A DNA stretch of 64,000 nt. Origin: Vicugna vicugna (Eukaryota). The notes under the pieces were generated by a model. It had not been told where the DNA came from and searched no databases. It saw only the letters and a list, made by a program, of their open reading frames with translations. The DNA is taken from NCBI GenBank assembly GCA_013265495.1, contig MU057809.1:1851062-1915061 (forward strand), written 5' to 3'. Shown here one piece after another: positions 63,845 to 64,000 of this stretch (positions are counted from its first letter, which is position 1; each line of letters opens with the position of its first letter). Made by a program: the position numbers and the translations under genes.

Positions 63845-64000
63845 TAATAATAGTAACTAATGTTTACTGAGACCCCACTCTGTCCCAGAGGCAAAGCTAA
63901 GCAGCTTACCTGCACTACTTATGCAGGCTGCACAAGAAATGCCTGGGACGCAGGCGTGTTATCTTGCCTCCATTTCGAAGACAAAACTTAGGCTAGGATA
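63845..64000 (-). mobile_element. MIR SINE (runs off the window end)
   Basis: ataataatagtaactaatgtttactgag...ctgtcccag...gctaagcagcttacctgcact...ctccatttcgaagacaaaactta. Confidence 0.7.

Noticed and set aside
1..64000. CRISPR array, NUMT, rRNA, prokaryotic or viral coding system
   Set aside because: I saw no regularly spaced repeats, no mitochondrial or rRNA-like sequence, and no long ORFs; the content is typical mammalian non-coding DNA.

Overview
This is 64 kb of AT-rich, repeat-dense mammalian genomic DNA, most likely camelid. The evidence is three tRNA-Ala(AGC)-derived SINEs of the Vic-1 type and cetartiodactyl-type L1 UTRs; I saw no Alu, B1, BovB/Bov-tA or PRE-1 elements. It looks like the interior of a large intron or an intergenic tract. 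I recognised no protein-coding exon, and the supplied ORFs are chance frames or decayed L1 ORF1/ORF2 pieces. About half of the window is recognisable interspersed repeat (L1 of several ages, L2, L3/CR1, MIR, MaLR/ERVL LTRs, Tigger and Charlie MITEs, SINEs). The most notable structure is a TSD-bounded chimeric retrocopy at 5702-6378 (minus strand): a full-length U6 snRNA fused to a 573-bp non-L1 sequence with a poly(A)-like end, inserted in an old L1. Other oddities are a 5'-intact, 3'-truncated L1 with apparent TSDs, a perfect 25-bp templated copy inside it, several candidate cryptic exons on the + strand, and nested insertions. I found no evidence of a new multi-gene system. Repeat subfamily names come from memory of consensus sequences, and most boundaries are approximate.
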